This document shows, in pieces, positions 20,318 through 30,134 of a stretch of 64,000 nucleotides of DNA. The notes below the pieces were generated by a model. The model was not told the DNA's origin and did not search any database. It was given only the letters and a program-made list of their open reading frames with translations. The position numbers were made by a program, and so were the translations under genes. Position 1 is the first letter of the stretch, and each line of letters begins with the position of its first letter. This stretch comes from Candidatus Latescibacterota bacterium (GTDB lineage Bacteria; Latescibacterota; UBA2968; UBA8231): the NCBI GenBank assembly GCA_965215195.1, contig CBDCDC010000002.1:4320001-4384000 (forward strand), read 5' to 3'.

Positions 20318-21034
20318 ATGGTGCCAAAAACGGTAAGAGAACAGGCTGCGGCCAACTTGCAGCAACGGCTAGCCGAAAACCCCTATGTAGGCCGCGGCAT
20401 TGTCATTGGCCGGGCCGCGGAGGGGGCTTGGATGCAGGTTTACTGGATCGCGGGGCGCAGTGCCAACAGCCGCAACCGCATCTTCGTGGCCGCGGGCGAC
20501 GTGCTGCGGACCGAAGCGGCCGATCCCGCGCAGTTGAGCGACCCCACGCTCATCATTTACAACGCCATGCGAGTTTGCGCCCGACGCAGCATTGTCTCCA
20601 ATGGGGTCCATACCGACGCCATATACGAGGGTTTTGCGGCCGGCCGCAGTTTTGCCGAGAGCTTGGCTGGCTGGCTACACGAGCCGGATCCGCCCAATTA
20701 CACGCCGCGCATAGCGGGCTATGTCGATTTGGAGGCCGATGAAGCTTGGCTCGCCATACTCAAGGCCAGCCCCTTTGACCCCGAGCGCAGCGAACGCCAT
20801 TTCTTCCGCTTCGACTGGGTCGAGCCGGGCTATGGCTATGCCATTACCACGTACGACTCAGATGGCGACCCGCTGCCCTCGTTTTCTGGAGTTCCCTACC
20901 TGTTACCCCTCGCCGACGCACCCGCCCGCCTCTGGGAAGCCCTAAATTCCGAGCATCGGATCGCGCTTGCAGTGCGCCGCATTGCCGCCGGCGCAGTCGA
21001 AACCAAGATCATCAACCGCTATGAGGCGGTCTAG
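20318..21034 (+). CDS. IMP cyclohydrolase-like protein (PurO fold)
   Basis: YVGRGIVIG, GRSANSRNR, LIIYNA, VSNG.HTD and EPDPPNYTPRI motifs. Confidence 0.85.
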   Translation: MVPKTVREQAAANLQQRLAENPYVGRGIVIGRAAEGAWMQVYWIAGRSANSRNRIFVAAGDVLRTEAADPAQLSDPTLIIYNAMRVCARRSIVSNGVHTDAIYEGFAAGRSFAESLAGWLHEPDPPNYTPRIAGYVDLEADEAWLAILKASPFDPERSERHFFRFDWVEPGYGYAITTYDSDGDPLPSFSGVPYLLPLADAPARLWEALNSEHRIALAVRRIAAGAVETKIINRYEAV

Positions 21035-22035
21035 CCTCTGGACGCACGGTGGCAAAGGAAAAGCGCGGCCGCGAACAGGGCCACGGCCATTGCCTGATGC
21101 AGTGAGGCCAAGGCCAAGGGCACGTGCGCGACGACCGTGCCGATCCCCAAGCCGATCTGAATCACTACCAAGCAGAGGATTAGGCCGGCCCCAGTTTTCA
21201 GGGCCGTGCGGTGTGCAGCTACCCACAGGGCTAGTGCCAGCCCAAGGACCGCAAAGGCGAAGAAGCGGTGTTGGAAGTGGACGGTAGTGGGGTTGTCGAG
21301 CAGGTTTACGAGCGGCGGCTGCATAGACCCCAAGCCGGTCGGCACCCAAACCCCGAACATCTTGGGAAAGGTATCCGACAGGTAGCCGGCCTTGAGCCCG
21401 GCCACTAGGCCACCAGCGGCGATCTGGAGGCAGACAGCGGCAAACAGCCCAGCGCAAAGGCGGCGCGCGGTGCGGGGCACCGGCCGCGCCTCGGCCGCAG
21501 ACGACAGATAGCCGAGGGCCTGCCAGAGGCAAGCGGCCAAAAGGGCCAGAGCGCAACAAAGGTGCAAGGTCAAGCGCAGGTGACTTACTTGAGGCCGGTC
21601 GCCTAGGCCGCTTTTGACCATCAGCCAGCCCACTAAGCCCTGAAGGGCGAAAAGCAGGCCAATGCCCAGATAGGCCGGTATGTGGACGCGGGGAATGGCT
21701 CGCCGGCAGAGGAAATAGAGCAGGGGCACCACAAAGAGCAACCCGGCCAGCCGGCCGAGCAAGCGGTGGCCGAACTCCATGTAGTAGATAAACTTGAATT
21801 CGTCCAGCCCCATCCCATAGTTGACGAGCCGGTATTCGGGCGTCTGTTGGTACTTGGCGAATTCGCTTTCCCAGGCCGCAGCACTTAACGGCGGAACGAC
21901 GCCGGTGACGACGTTCCACTCGACGATGGATAGGCCCGAGCGGGTCAGGCGCACCCAGCCTCCGTACACCACGAGAACGACGATGAGGGCCGAGACAGCG
22001 AGGAGCCAAGCGGCGATTTGGCGATTAGTGATCAT
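21031..22035 (-). CDS. ctaA: Heme A synthase (COX15/CtaA)
   Basis: GGWVRLTRSGLSIVEW, EFGHRLLGR, GWLMVKSGL and HQ motifs; start at ATG 22035. Confidence 0.92.
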   Translation of the reverse strand: MITNRQIAAWLLAVSALIVVLVVYGGWVRLTRSGLSIVEWNVVTGVVPPLSAAAWESEFAKYQQTPEYRLVNYGMGLDEFKFIYYMEFGHRLLGRLAGLLFVVPLLYFLCRRAIPRVHIPAYLGIGLLFALQGLVGWLMVKSGLGDRPQVSHLRLTLHLCCALALLAACLWQALGYLSSAAEARPVPRTARRLCAGLFAAVCLQIAAGGLVAGLKAGYLSDTFPKMFGVWVPTGLGSMQPPLVNLLDNPTTVHFQHRFFAFAVLGLALALWVAAHRTALKTGAGLILCLVVIQIGLGIGTVVAHVPLALASLHQAMAVALFAAALFLCHRASRG

Positions 22036-22131
22036 CTGGCGGAATTTGAACAAATTACTCGTAGAAAATACCCCATGGCGATATATCGGCAACTTTTGCC
22101 GCGTCGCCGCACGCAATAGAGGGAGGTAAGC

Positions 22132-22872
22132 GTGAAACTGGCAAACAAAGATGCGTTGGTAACGGGCGGAGCTACCGGCATTGGCCGGGCCACGGCCGTG
22201 CTCTTCGCCCGAGAAGGAGCGCGCGTCCACATCGCGGATTACAACGCGGCCGAGGGCCAAGCCGCCGTGGCGCAGATCGAGGCCGCCGGGGGCCAAGCGC
22301 ATTTCTACGCCACGGACGTGCGCTTGGAAGAGAGCGTGGCCGCGTCGGTCGCGCAAATCAGAGAGCACACCGCCCGCCTCGATGTGGCGGTTTTCGCGGC
22401 CGGAGTCTTGACGGGGGCGTACAAGACCATTGAGGAGCTGTCCGAGGAGGATTGGGACGCGACGCTCGACACCAACCTGAAGGGCACCTTCCTCTCGGCC
22501 AAATACGCGACGCCGCTCTTGGCGGCAGCCGGCAAGTCCGTACTGCTGATCATCGCCTCGGGAGCCGGGGTGCGGGGCGGCTCCTCGTCCTATGCCTATG
22601 CAGCGAGCAAGGCTGGGCAGCACGGTTTGCACTACAAGCTGGAAGGTGAGCTAGGGTCTAAGGGGGTGCGCTTGCACGTGATTTGCCCCGGGGGGATTGC
22701 AACGCCCCTGAAGCTGGAGAATATAGCGCAGGCGGCAGAGGCCACAGGCCGCGATCCAGAGGAAGCAAAGCGGAACGCCGTGCTGGGGGATCCAATGGGG
22801 GTGGCGCGGGTCTTGGCGTTTTTGGCTTCCGAGGAAGGGTCTTACGTGCGGGGGACGGTGTTCACTCGGTAG
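22132..22872 (+). CDS. SDR family oxidoreductase
   Basis: TGGATGIG and YAASK motifs. Confidence 0.9.
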   Translation: MKLANKDALVTGGATGIGRATAVLFAREGARVHIADYNAAEGQAAVAQIEAAGGQAHFYATDVRLEESVAASVAQIREHTARLDVAVFAAGVLTGAYKTIEELSEEDWDATLDTNLKGTFLSAKYATPLLAAAGKSVLLIIASGAGVRGGSSSYAYAASKAGQHGLHYKLEGELGSKGVRLHVICPGGIATPLKLENIAQAAEATGRDPEEAKRNAVLGDPMGVARVLAFLASEEGSYVRGTVFTR

Positions 22873-22874
22873 CG

Positions 22875-23714
22875 TTAGGCGCGCTCCCAACGGCTGGGAT
22901 CCATGCCCAGCGCCTCGGAGGCCATATTCGGAGGCTTGTTGCCGCCGTGGTAGTCCCAGTGGCGGGTGTTGCGGTCGGCGAAGAGCGGGCGGATTTCGTC
23001 GGGCAAGGTCTGGAGGTCTTCTTCGCTCCAAGGGCTGATCTCGTCAACTGGCCCGGCCCAAGCGGGTCGGTAGGCGATGGCCAGCATTTCGCGCGGGTAG
23101 GTGCCGACATTGGGGAAGTTGCCGTGGAAGACGCGGTGGTGAATGAGCACGGCAGAACCGGCCTTGCAGGGAACCATGACTTCTTCGGGGTGGGATTTGT
23201 AGCGCGTATAGGGGTTGGCGTGGGCGTGCAGGCACAGGTGCGAGCGCGGCACCACGCGGAAAGGCGAGACTTCTGGGATGAGGTCGTCGAGATAGTAGAG
23301 CACTCGTATCAACACCGGGCAAGAGCCTTCAAAGCCGAAAATTTTGGAGCCGTAGGGTTGGCCATCGGCGTGGAGGCTGATGCCGGGGTGGCCGGGTTCG
23401 GAGCGCGCATAGCCGTAGTGCATGAAGATCACTTCGTCGCCCAACAGTTCGCGCAGAAACGCGAGCGTCGGCGGGTGGCCGAGCAGGGCGGTGATTTCGC
23501 CGCCGTCGAATTGGATGTTGCTGCGGCCGCGCTGGCGTTCGCTGTAATCGACGGCTTTGGTCTCAAAAGTAGCGGTGATGGCTTTGAGACGGGCGACGTG
23601 GTCGGCGTTGAGCAGGTCGGGCAAGACGAGGTAGCCCTCGACTTCGAGTTGGCGGATGCGCTGGCCAGTGGTGAAGGCCGACCAGTCGCGGTCGTCAATG
23701 CGGGGTGTGGCCAT
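22875..23714 (-). CDS. Phytanoyl-CoA dioxygenase (PhyH) family protein
   Basis: EGYLVLPDLL, HAD, VVPRSH and KAGSAVLIHHRVFHG motifs. Confidence 0.85.
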   Translation of the reverse strand: MATPRIDDRDWSAFTTGQRIRQLEVEGYLVLPDLLNADHVARLKAITATFETKAVDYSERQRGRSNIQFDGGEITALLGHPPTLAFLRELLGDEVIFMHYGYARSEPGHPGISLHADGQPYGSKIFGFEGSCPVLIRVLYYLDDLIPEVSPFRVVPRSHLCLHAHANPYTRYKSHPEEVMVPCKAGSAVLIHHRVFHGNFPNVGTYPREMLAIAYRPAWAGPVDEISPWSEEDLQTLPDEIRPLFADRNTRHWDYHGGNKPPNMASEALGMDPSRWERA

Positions 23715-23889
23715 GGTGGTCCTCCTTGTGTAAGGGGTATCGCCGAAAGGATACGGCATTGAGCAGCCGCAATCAACGGCGGCGAGTTGCACGAGACAGA
23801 TCGCTATGCCGGTCTGAAGTGATTCTGTGATGCTTGCATAGAAAGCGTATATTCGACCGACTTAAGACGGAAGGAGATTATTCAAAATC

Positions 23890-24804
23890 ATGCCTGTTCC
23901 AAATAAGAAAGAACTGTGTCGGCCAATTCTCGAAATAGCGGATGGCGCACAAGAAGACGTAGTCCCCAAGCAGTATATCAGGGAGAAGGTTATCGAACGT
24001 TTCTCACTGACGAATGATGATATACTAGAGAAGACCTCGTCGGGAGGAGGAACGAGGTTGGAAATTCGCGTTTCTTGGGCACTCTTCGAGTTAAAAAAAG
24101 CTGGTTTTTTGCAGTCTCCTTCGCGTGGGCACTTCCAAATCACCCCGCAGGGGAAAGAACTGCTCGCAACGGGCGATGATCTTCTTTCATTGCGATGGAA
24201 AGACTTAGATGCAGTGCGGCAGGGTGGAGGTGAGGCAGACGCGCCTGACACCGCTGTCAACGATGACGTCGGCAGCGACTCTGAGGATAGTACGCCCGAT
24301 GAGCAAATTGCGGCGCTTTATCGGGAATTGAGTGACAGACTTGCCGACGAGCTATTGGAGCGGGTGAAAAGGGTATCGCCCGCCGATTTTGAACGATTGG
24401 TAGTCCGTTTGCTCGAGAAAATGGGCTATGGCCAAGGTCAGACCGTTGGAGGCAGCGGCGATGGCGGCATAGACGGCATCATCGATCAGGATGCCTTGGG
24501 GCTTGAGAAGGTGTACATCCAAGCGAAACGCTGGCAAAATCCGGTTGGCGAACCTGAGATTCGCAACTTCTCCGGTAGCCTTGACGGAGAGGGAGCAAAC
24601 AAGGGCGTATTTATCACGTCATCAACTTTCAGTTCGCCGGCTCGAGAAAGAGCGAAAGCCATCTCGCAGGGCAATAAGTTTATCCGGTTAATAGACGGTG
24701 AGGAGCTGGCCCGTCTGATGATAAATCACGGCGTCGGCGTGGTCTCCGAAATCACATACGACGTAAAAAAGTTGGACGAAAACTACTTTGCCGAGGATTT
24801 GTAA
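23890..24804 (+). CDS. mrr: Mrr restriction endonuclease (type IV)
   Basis: N-terminal wHTH (RVSWA..LKKAG); FERLV..LL..MGY, GDGGIDG, IQAKRW and LIDGEELA motifs. Confidence 0.92.
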   Translation: MPVPNKKELCRPILEIADGAQEDVVPKQYIREKVIERFSLTNDDILEKTSSGGGTRLEIRVSWALFELKKAGFLQSPSRGHFQITPQGKELLATGDDLLSLRWKDLDAVRQGGGEADAPDTAVNDDVGSDSEDSTPDEQIAALYRELSDRLADELLERVKRVSPADFERLVVRLLEKMGYGQGQTVGGSGDGGIDGIIDQDALGLEKVYIQAKRWQNPVGEPEIRNFSGSLDGEGANKGVFITSSTFSSPARERAKAISQGNKFIRLIDGEELARLMINHGVGVVSEITYDVKKLDENYFAEDL

Positions 24805-24843
24805 CGGCGAAGCAGTAGAGTTTTCACAGAAATTATAGCATCC

Positions 24844-25962
24844 ATGCAAACCACCGCTAAGCTGATATGCGGCCCTGCCCAGTCCATGGCGGGAATCGCG
24901 GATGAATCGGTTGATTTGATCGTCACCTCGCCGCCCTATCCGATGGTAGAAATGTGGGATGAGATTTTCGCGCTCCAAGACGGCCGCATCCGGGAGCAAC
25001 TGTCGCACGGCAACGGACGGGCCGCCTTCGCGCTCATGCACGAGCTGCTCGATGCAGTGTGGATGCAGTGCAGCCGCGTCATGAAGCCGGGGGCCATTGC
25101 CTGCGTCAACATTGGCGACGCCACCCGAACCTTGGATGGCGACTTCCAGTTATACTCCAATCACTCCCGCATCCTCAGCAGCTTCATAGGCCAAGGTTTT
25201 GCGGCCTTGCCCGATATACTCTGGCGCAAACAGACCAACGCACCCAACAAATTTATGGGGTCTGGGATGCTGCCCGTAGGGGCGTATGTGACCTACGAGC
25301 ACGAGTACATTCTCGTGGTTAGAAAAGGGCGGCGGCGAACCTTCACAACGGCTGCCGAGAAAGCCAACCGCCGAGCGAGCGCCTTCTTCTGGGAGGAGCG
25401 CAACGTCTGGTTCTCAGACGTGTGGTTCGATGTAAAGGGAACTTCGCAAGGGCTCGTTGATGCGCCGACCCGCGAGCGCAATGCGGCCTTCCCGTTTGAA
25501 TTGGCCTACCGGCTCGTCTGCATGTTTTCCGTCAAAGAAGACTTGGTGCTCGATCCGTTTGCGGGCACTGGAACGACACTCGCAGCCGCCCTAACAGCGG
25601 GAAGAAACTCGGTCGGCGTGGAGATTGACGAGACATTGGTGCCGGTCGCGCAAAACCAGCTTCGCTCCACACCCCCAGCCGCCAACGAGTACAACCACGC
25701 CCGGCTAGCTCGGCACGCAGAGTGGGCGGCCGTGCGCAAGACAGAGAGCGGTCCGTTGAAATACGCGAACCGCCATTACGGATTTCCGGTAATGACGGCT
25801 CAGGAACAAGACCTGTTGCTAAACGACGTAACGGGAATTGCCGGCGAGGCCGACGGCATGGCACTGGTGGCTCAGTACAGCGCGGAACCGAATGATTGCT
25901 TTGCAGCGCATCCGCGCAAAAGCAAGGCCGCCGCTCAAACGCTGCTGCCGCTAAGCTCTTAA
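24844..25962 (+). CDS. Beta-class amino-DNA methyltransferase (probably N4-cytosine)
   Basis: TSPPY near the N-terminus; LDPFAGTGTT near the C-terminus. Confidence 0.9.
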   Translation: MQTTAKLICGPAQSMAGIADESVDLIVTSPPYPMVEMWDEIFALQDGRIREQLSHGNGRAAFALMHELLDAVWMQCSRVMKPGAIACVNIGDATRTLDGDFQLYSNHSRILSSFIGQGFAALPDILWRKQTNAPNKFMGSGMLPVGAYVTYEHEYILVVRKGRRRTFTTAAEKANRRASAFFWEERNVWFSDVWFDVKGTSQGLVDAPTRERNAAFPFELAYRLVCMFSVKEDLVLDPFAGTGTTLAAALTAGRNSVGVEIDETLVPVAQNQLRSTPPAANEYNHARLARHAEWAAVRKTESGPLKYANRHYGFPVMTAQEQDLLLNDVTGIAGEADGMALVAQYSAEPNDCFAAHPRKSKAAAQTLLPLSS

Positions 25963-26282
25963 TCGGCGTTGCGCTCTCCAGCCGTGCGCACCGTGCTCTG
26001 CAGCGCTTCATAGGCCGCCTCGCAATCCGCGAGCGCAGCACTCTGTTCCTTGATTTGTTGGTTTAGGGCTTGTACTTGATCGTCGGCCACTGGATCGTTA
26101 CCGGCTTCGAGGAGCTGGTGAACCCGCGCCCCCAGATCCGCTTGGGTGCGGTGGAGTTGGGTCCTAGCAGCGGCGATATCGAGCCGGGCACGCGCTAGAC
26201 GGGTCAGGTCGCCGGCCTTGTCGGCCGCGGCGGCCGCGCCTTCTTGTAGCCCTTTCACGAGATTGTTCCACAGGTTGTCCAC
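25959..26282 (-). CDS. Hypothetical coiled-coil protein
   Basis: GAGG SD before GTG 26282; helical heptad pattern. Confidence 0.65.
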   Translation of the reverse strand: MDNLWNNLVKGLQEGAAAAADKAGDLTRLARARLDIAAARTQLHRTQADLGARVHQLLEAGNDPVADDQVQALNQQIKEQSAALADCEAAYEALQSTVRTAGERNAD

Positions 26283-26298
26283 TGAGACCTCATATCGT

Positions 26299-26748
26299 TT
26301 AAGTGTCTGGTGCCGAGGCGCGGCGCAATTCGCGGAGGAGCGTCTCTTTGTTGGCCCGCGAAATTTGGCGGCCCTTGAGCTGAGCATGGGGTAGCTGGCG
26401 CACGAGTTGGCGCAGGCGGGCGACTGGCAAACCCTCTAGTTCATCGGGGGATGGCTGCGTTGGCGGGGTGGCTGCTTGGGGCTGGTGCAGGAGCAGGTTT
26501 TCTATGTCTAAATGGGGGGCGGGAATGACGCGGTGGCTAATCACCTCGCTGACCTTGCGTGCGGCTTCGACGCCAGCTTGCACGGCTACTTGAACGGCGG
26601 CAACCTCACCTCTAAAGTGCGTTGAAACCAGCCCGGCACCGACGCGCTTGATGCCGAGGAGCTCGACCGGAGCGGATTTTACGGCTGCGTCGGCTGCTTC
26701 GACGACGCCGACGAGACCGCGAGTCTCAATCAGCCCTAGGGCAGCCAT
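26299..26748 (-). CDS. Bacterial microcompartment shell protein (BMC-H) with C-terminal extension
   Basis: ALGLIETRGLV..VEAADAAVKSA, GEVAAV and HRVIPAPH motifs. Confidence 0.9.
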   Translation of the reverse strand: MAALGLIETRGLVGVVEAADAAVKSAPVELLGIKRVGAGLVSTHFRGEVAAVQVAVQAGVEAARKVSEVISHRVIPAPHLDIENLLLHQPQAATPPTQPSPDELEGLPVARLRQLVRQLPHAQLKGRQISRANKETLLRELRRASAPDT

Positions 26749-26766
26749 TGGGCGAGCTTGGCCCGG

Positions 26767-26994
26767 TCAACGAGTGTCGTCGATGGTGTGGGGGACGAGG
26801 GCCAAATAGCGGGCGCGCTTGATGGCGCGGACGACGTGCGTCTGCTGCTTGCGCGTGGCACCGGTGCGCCGGGCCGATTCGATCTTGCCGGTCGGCGTGA
26901 TAAACTTGACTAGGACATCGAGGCGCTTGTAGTCGATGTCTTCGGACTTGAGCTTGGCTACGGCCTCTCGGCGCGTACTGCGGAACTTGGCGAT
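26767..26994 (-). CDS. rpsR: 30S ribosomal protein bS18 (no Zn-binding Cys); start uncertain (ATC 26994 or ATG 27039)
   Basis: IDYK, GKI..ARRTG and AIKRARYLAL motifs. Confidence 0.88.
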   Translation of the reverse strand: MAKFRSTRREAVAKLKSEDIDYKRLDVLVKFITPTGKIESARRTGATRKQQTHVVRAIKRARYLALVPHTIDDTR

Positions 26995-27051
26995 GACGAC
27001 GCTCCTTTTTAAGGCACCCGCTTGGGCGGGCACGTACATTTAGAAGGGCAG

Positions 27052-27080
27052 AAAATACAGGAGGGACCGGGGCATGTCAA
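27052..27080 (-). promoter_or_regulatory. Sigma-70 promoter for rpsR
   Basis: TTGACA-17 nt-TATTTT on the minus strand. Confidence 0.55.
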
Positions 27081-27107
27081 TATGTTGCCCCAGCCCCGGC
27101 ACCCGCG

Positions 27108-28274
27108 TTAGCGCGGGTTCATTTCGTCGTGGAGCTGGCGCATGATTTGATGATGCCCCATGCCCTCGTCCCAGAGCTTTTTGTACCTCGTCTCGTCGAT
27201 GCCGTCGCGCTTGAGAAAGCCGCGGATGTCGTAGCGGCCCTCGACTTCTACGGGCAGGCCGCCCTCCTCGACCATGAGCTGGAGGGGATAGCCCTTTTCT
27301 TGCAGCGGCAGGTGGATTGCGCGGTTGCGGCGCGCCGATTCGTAGAGGGCCATCATAATTTCCACGGTGTCGCGGGCCGTGGTGCCGGCATTGCGGTGCG
27401 CGGCCTTGTGGCCTTCGAGGCAGGCGATGAGTTCGCGGACTTGGGCGGCATTGGTGTTGCCTCCAATGGCCTTACTGCCTTCAGTGAGCGCGAGATCGAC
27501 TTCCCGCCAGCCGCCAGAGGAGGCGTTCATAAGCTGGAGCCGGGTCTCGCTCACCGATAAAATCCCTTCGCGGCCGCGGATTTCAAAGTGGCCGGCACCA
27601 GCCCCCTCGCGCATGAGGTCGGACTGAATGAAAAGCTGGAGATCGCCGGCGAAGTGGACCAAGCCCATGCAGGCGTCTTCGATCATGGTGTCGCGCTCGT
27701 AGCGGTCGGTGCGGCGCTCGACCGCGCCCATGACCCATTGGGCGCAAGGGTCGCCGAGCACGAAGCGCGAGCCGTCAATGGAGTGCGTGCCCCAGTTGGT
27801 CAGGCCGTCGGCGACCTTGTTGGTGACGAACAGCGGTGTGCCAATCGCGCCCTCTTCGATTAGGGCCTTGGCCTTTTCCCAGCCCGGGGTAAAGCGGCGT
27901 TGATGGCTGATGACCAGTTGGGTGCCGTGCGCCTCGCAGGCATCGACCATGGAGTCGGCCGCGGCCATGCCGATGGCCATGGGCTTTTCGCAGATGACGG
28001 CGCGGGCACCGCCCGCGGCCGCGGCCATGGTGGGTGCCGGATGCAAAAGATGCCAAGTGCAGACGCTGACGATGTCGGGCCGGGCCTTTTCCATCATCTC
28101 TTCGACCGTCTCAAATTCCTGCGGGATGCCGTATGCGTCTAGGTAGGTCTTGCGAGCCATGGCGACCGGGTCGGCGACGGCGATCACCTCGACCTCGTCC
28201 ACGAGATTGTAGCCTTCCATGTGGGCGTTGCCTATGGAGCCACAGCCGACAATTGCCGCGGTATAGCGTTTCAT
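27108..28274 (-). CDS. Gfo/Idh/MocA oxidoreductase
   Basis: GCGSIG, CEKPMA and HQRRF motifs. Confidence 0.9.
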   Translation of the reverse strand: MKRYTAAIVGCGSIGNAHMEGYNLVDEVEVIAVADPVAMARKTYLDAYGIPQEFETVEEMMEKARPDIVSVCTWHLLHPAPTMAAAAGGARAVICEKPMAIGMAAADSMVDACEAHGTQLVISHQRRFTPGWEKAKALIEEGAIGTPLFVTNKVADGLTNWGTHSIDGSRFVLGDPCAQWVMGAVERRTDRYERDTMIEDACMGLVHFAGDLQLFIQSDLMREGAGAGHFEIRGREGILSVSETRLQLMNASSGGWREVDLALTEGSKAIGGNTNAAQVRELIACLEGHKAAHRNAGTTARDTVEIMMALYESARRNRAIHLPLQEKGYPLQLMVEEGGLPVEVEGRYDIRGFLKRDGIDETRYKKLWDEGMGHHQIMRQLHDEMNPR

Positions 28275-28406
28275 AGAGCGTATCTCCTTGGCGAAAACGT
28301 AAGAGCGGATTTACTATGGGACATAATAAAGAATAGACATTAGGTTATCTTCAAGTCTTTAAGGCCGCACAACCCAAGCCTGCAGGTTCGGGAGCTAGCG
28401 CCAATT

Positions 28407-28829
28407 ATGGAAACCCTGTACGTCTCGCCCACGCTCTCCATCCCGCTTTCCGAGCTGCGCTTCAAGTTTCGCCGCAGTTCTGGGCCGGGGGGACAAAACG
28501 TCAACAAGCTCAATACCTCGGTTGAGCTACAGTTTGACTTTGTCCACAGTGCGGCGCTCAGCGACGAGCAGCGCCAGCAGATTGCCGAGAAGCTCGCCAT
28601 GCGGCTGAACAGCACGGGCGCGCTCTCGATTCAGTCGGAGCGATTTCGTACGCAGGGACGCAATCGCGCCGACTGCCTCAACAAGCTGGCCGCCCTGCTC
28701 GCCGAGGCGCTCAAGAAGCCGCCTAAACGCGAAAAAACCAAGCCCAGCCGCGCCGCCCAAGCGCGTCGCCTCGACGGCAAGCGGCGTCATTCCGAGAAAA
28801 AAAAGAGCCGCCGACCGCCTTTGGATTGA
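28407..28829 (+). CDS. arfB: Alternative ribosome-rescue peptidyl-tRNA hydrolase
   Basis: SSGPGGQNVNK motif; basic tail RRLDGKRRHSEKK. Confidence 0.93.
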   Translation: METLYVSPTLSIPLSELRFKFRRSSGPGGQNVNKLNTSVELQFDFVHSAALSDEQRQQIAEKLAMRLNSTGALSIQSERFRTQGRNRADCLNKLAALLAEALKKPPKREKTKPSRAAQARRLDGKRRHSEKKKSRRPPLD

Positions 28830-28948
28830 ACGTTTGGCCTTCTTGGTGCGTCAAAAGATAGTATTTGCACATGTTCACTTGGTATTCTACCTTCAACTTT
28901 AACGTGAACGTAAAGGTTGTTATCTCTCTAAAAATGTTGAGGCCTTAA

Positions 28949-29794
28949 ATGAACGCATACAATAAAGAGACAATGTACTCGGCGACCGATCTCTACTGGC
29001 GCGACATAAAAAATGCCGAGCCGCTCAGTCGCCAGCAAGAAATCGCCCTCTTCAAGTGCGCCAAAGCAGGGGACGAAGAGGCGCGTCAGGTGCTGGTGCA
29101 GGCCAATTTGCGCTTTGTGGTTCGCGTCGCCCGCGAGTACCACGACTGTGGTCTCTCGCTGATTGAGTTGATTTCCGAGGGCAACCTCGGGCTGCTCGAA
29201 GCCGTTCAGCGCTTCGACGAGACGCGCGGCTTTAAGTTCATCACCTATGCCGTGTGGTGGATTCGCCAGGCCATCCTGCGCGCCTTAGCCGAACACAGCA
29301 AAATTGCCCGCCCGCCCCTGAGCCGGATCAGCGACCGGCAGAAGGTCGAAAAGGAGGCCGCGGTCCTCGCTCAGCAACTAGGGCGCTCTCCGACAGTTGA
29401 GGAGATCGCCGCCTGCGTCGATTTCTCGGCCGAGCGCATCCGCAACGCCTTTGAGATGGGGCAGCCGGATCTGCCCTTGGACGCCCCGGCCTTTGCCGAT
29501 GGCGAGATGACGTTTGCGCAGACCTTTGTCTCGGCCGAGCCCAGCTCGCACGAGCGCTTCGTCGACGGGGAAATGCGTGCGGCTGTGGCCGATTGTCTGA
29601 AGGTGCTCGACTCCCGCGAGTCCCACATCGTCCGCGCTTATTTTGGCCTCGACGACAGCTCGCCCAAGACCTTGGAGGAGATCGGCGAGTCCATGGGCGT
29701 CACCCGCGAGCGCGTGCGGCAGTTGCGGAACAGGGCTTTGGAAAAAATGAAAGACGAGTGCGGCGGGCAGTTGGTCGAGTTTTCGCGCAACTGA
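28949..29794 (+). CDS. Sigma-70 family (RpoD/SigA-like) sigma factor lacking region 1.1
   Basis: ANLRFVV, KFITYAVWWIRQ and TLEEIG..MGVTRERVRQ motifs. Confidence 0.92.
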   Translation: MNAYNKETMYSATDLYWRDIKNAEPLSRQQEIALFKCAKAGDEEARQVLVQANLRFVVRVAREYHDCGLSLIELISEGNLGLLEAVQRFDETRGFKFITYAVWWIRQAILRALAEHSKIARPPLSRISDRQKVEKEAAVLAQQLGRSPTVEEIAACVDFSAERIRNAFEMGQPDLPLDAPAFADGEMTFAQTFVSAEPSSHERFVDGEMRAAVADCLKVLDSRESHIVRAYFGLDDSSPKTLEEIGESMGVTRERVRQLRNRALEKMKDECGGQLVEFSRN

Positions 29795-29849
29795 GCGGGC
29801 GAGAGGCCCATTGCCGGGGGCTGTGCCGCGTCCTATTATTGAATACCCT

Positions 29850-30134
29850 ATGGCCCAGCTCCGGCAGAAATTATTGGTGCTCTACGCCCATTCTCCCGAT
29901 TTGCACAGCCAAACCGTGGCTTGGTCGCTCTACGACGGCACGGGCGAGGAGCGATCCAGCAGCGGCGATAGCGAGGTGCCCCCCTATCCTTCGGTGGTGG
30001 CGGCCATGCGGGATGGGTGGAGGGTGGTTCAGTTCCCGCAGCAGTACCCGGCCTATCGAGGCATGGAATACAATACATCCTATCTGAAATACGAGTACAT
30101 CCTCGAAAAGATGGAGGCAATCGATGGTCGATAA
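29850..30134 (+). CDS. Hypothetical protein coupled to a PhyH gene
   Basis: AMRDGWRV motif; overlaps the start of the downstream gene. Confidence 0.65.
   Translation: MAQLRQKLLVLYAHSPDLHSQTVAWSLYDGTGEERSSSGDSEVPPYPSVVAAMRDGWRVVQFPQQYPAYRGMEYNTSYLKYEYILEKMEAIDGR

Noticed and set aside
22036-22632. N-terminal extension of the CtaA ORF (apparent fusion)
   Set aside because: Antisense to the SDR gene; the CtaA-like sequence begins at ATG 22035.
28860-28925. Imperfect palindromes (GTTCAC...GTGAAC) upstream of the sigma factor
   Set aside because: Too weak to assign to an operator; promoter spacing is not canonical.
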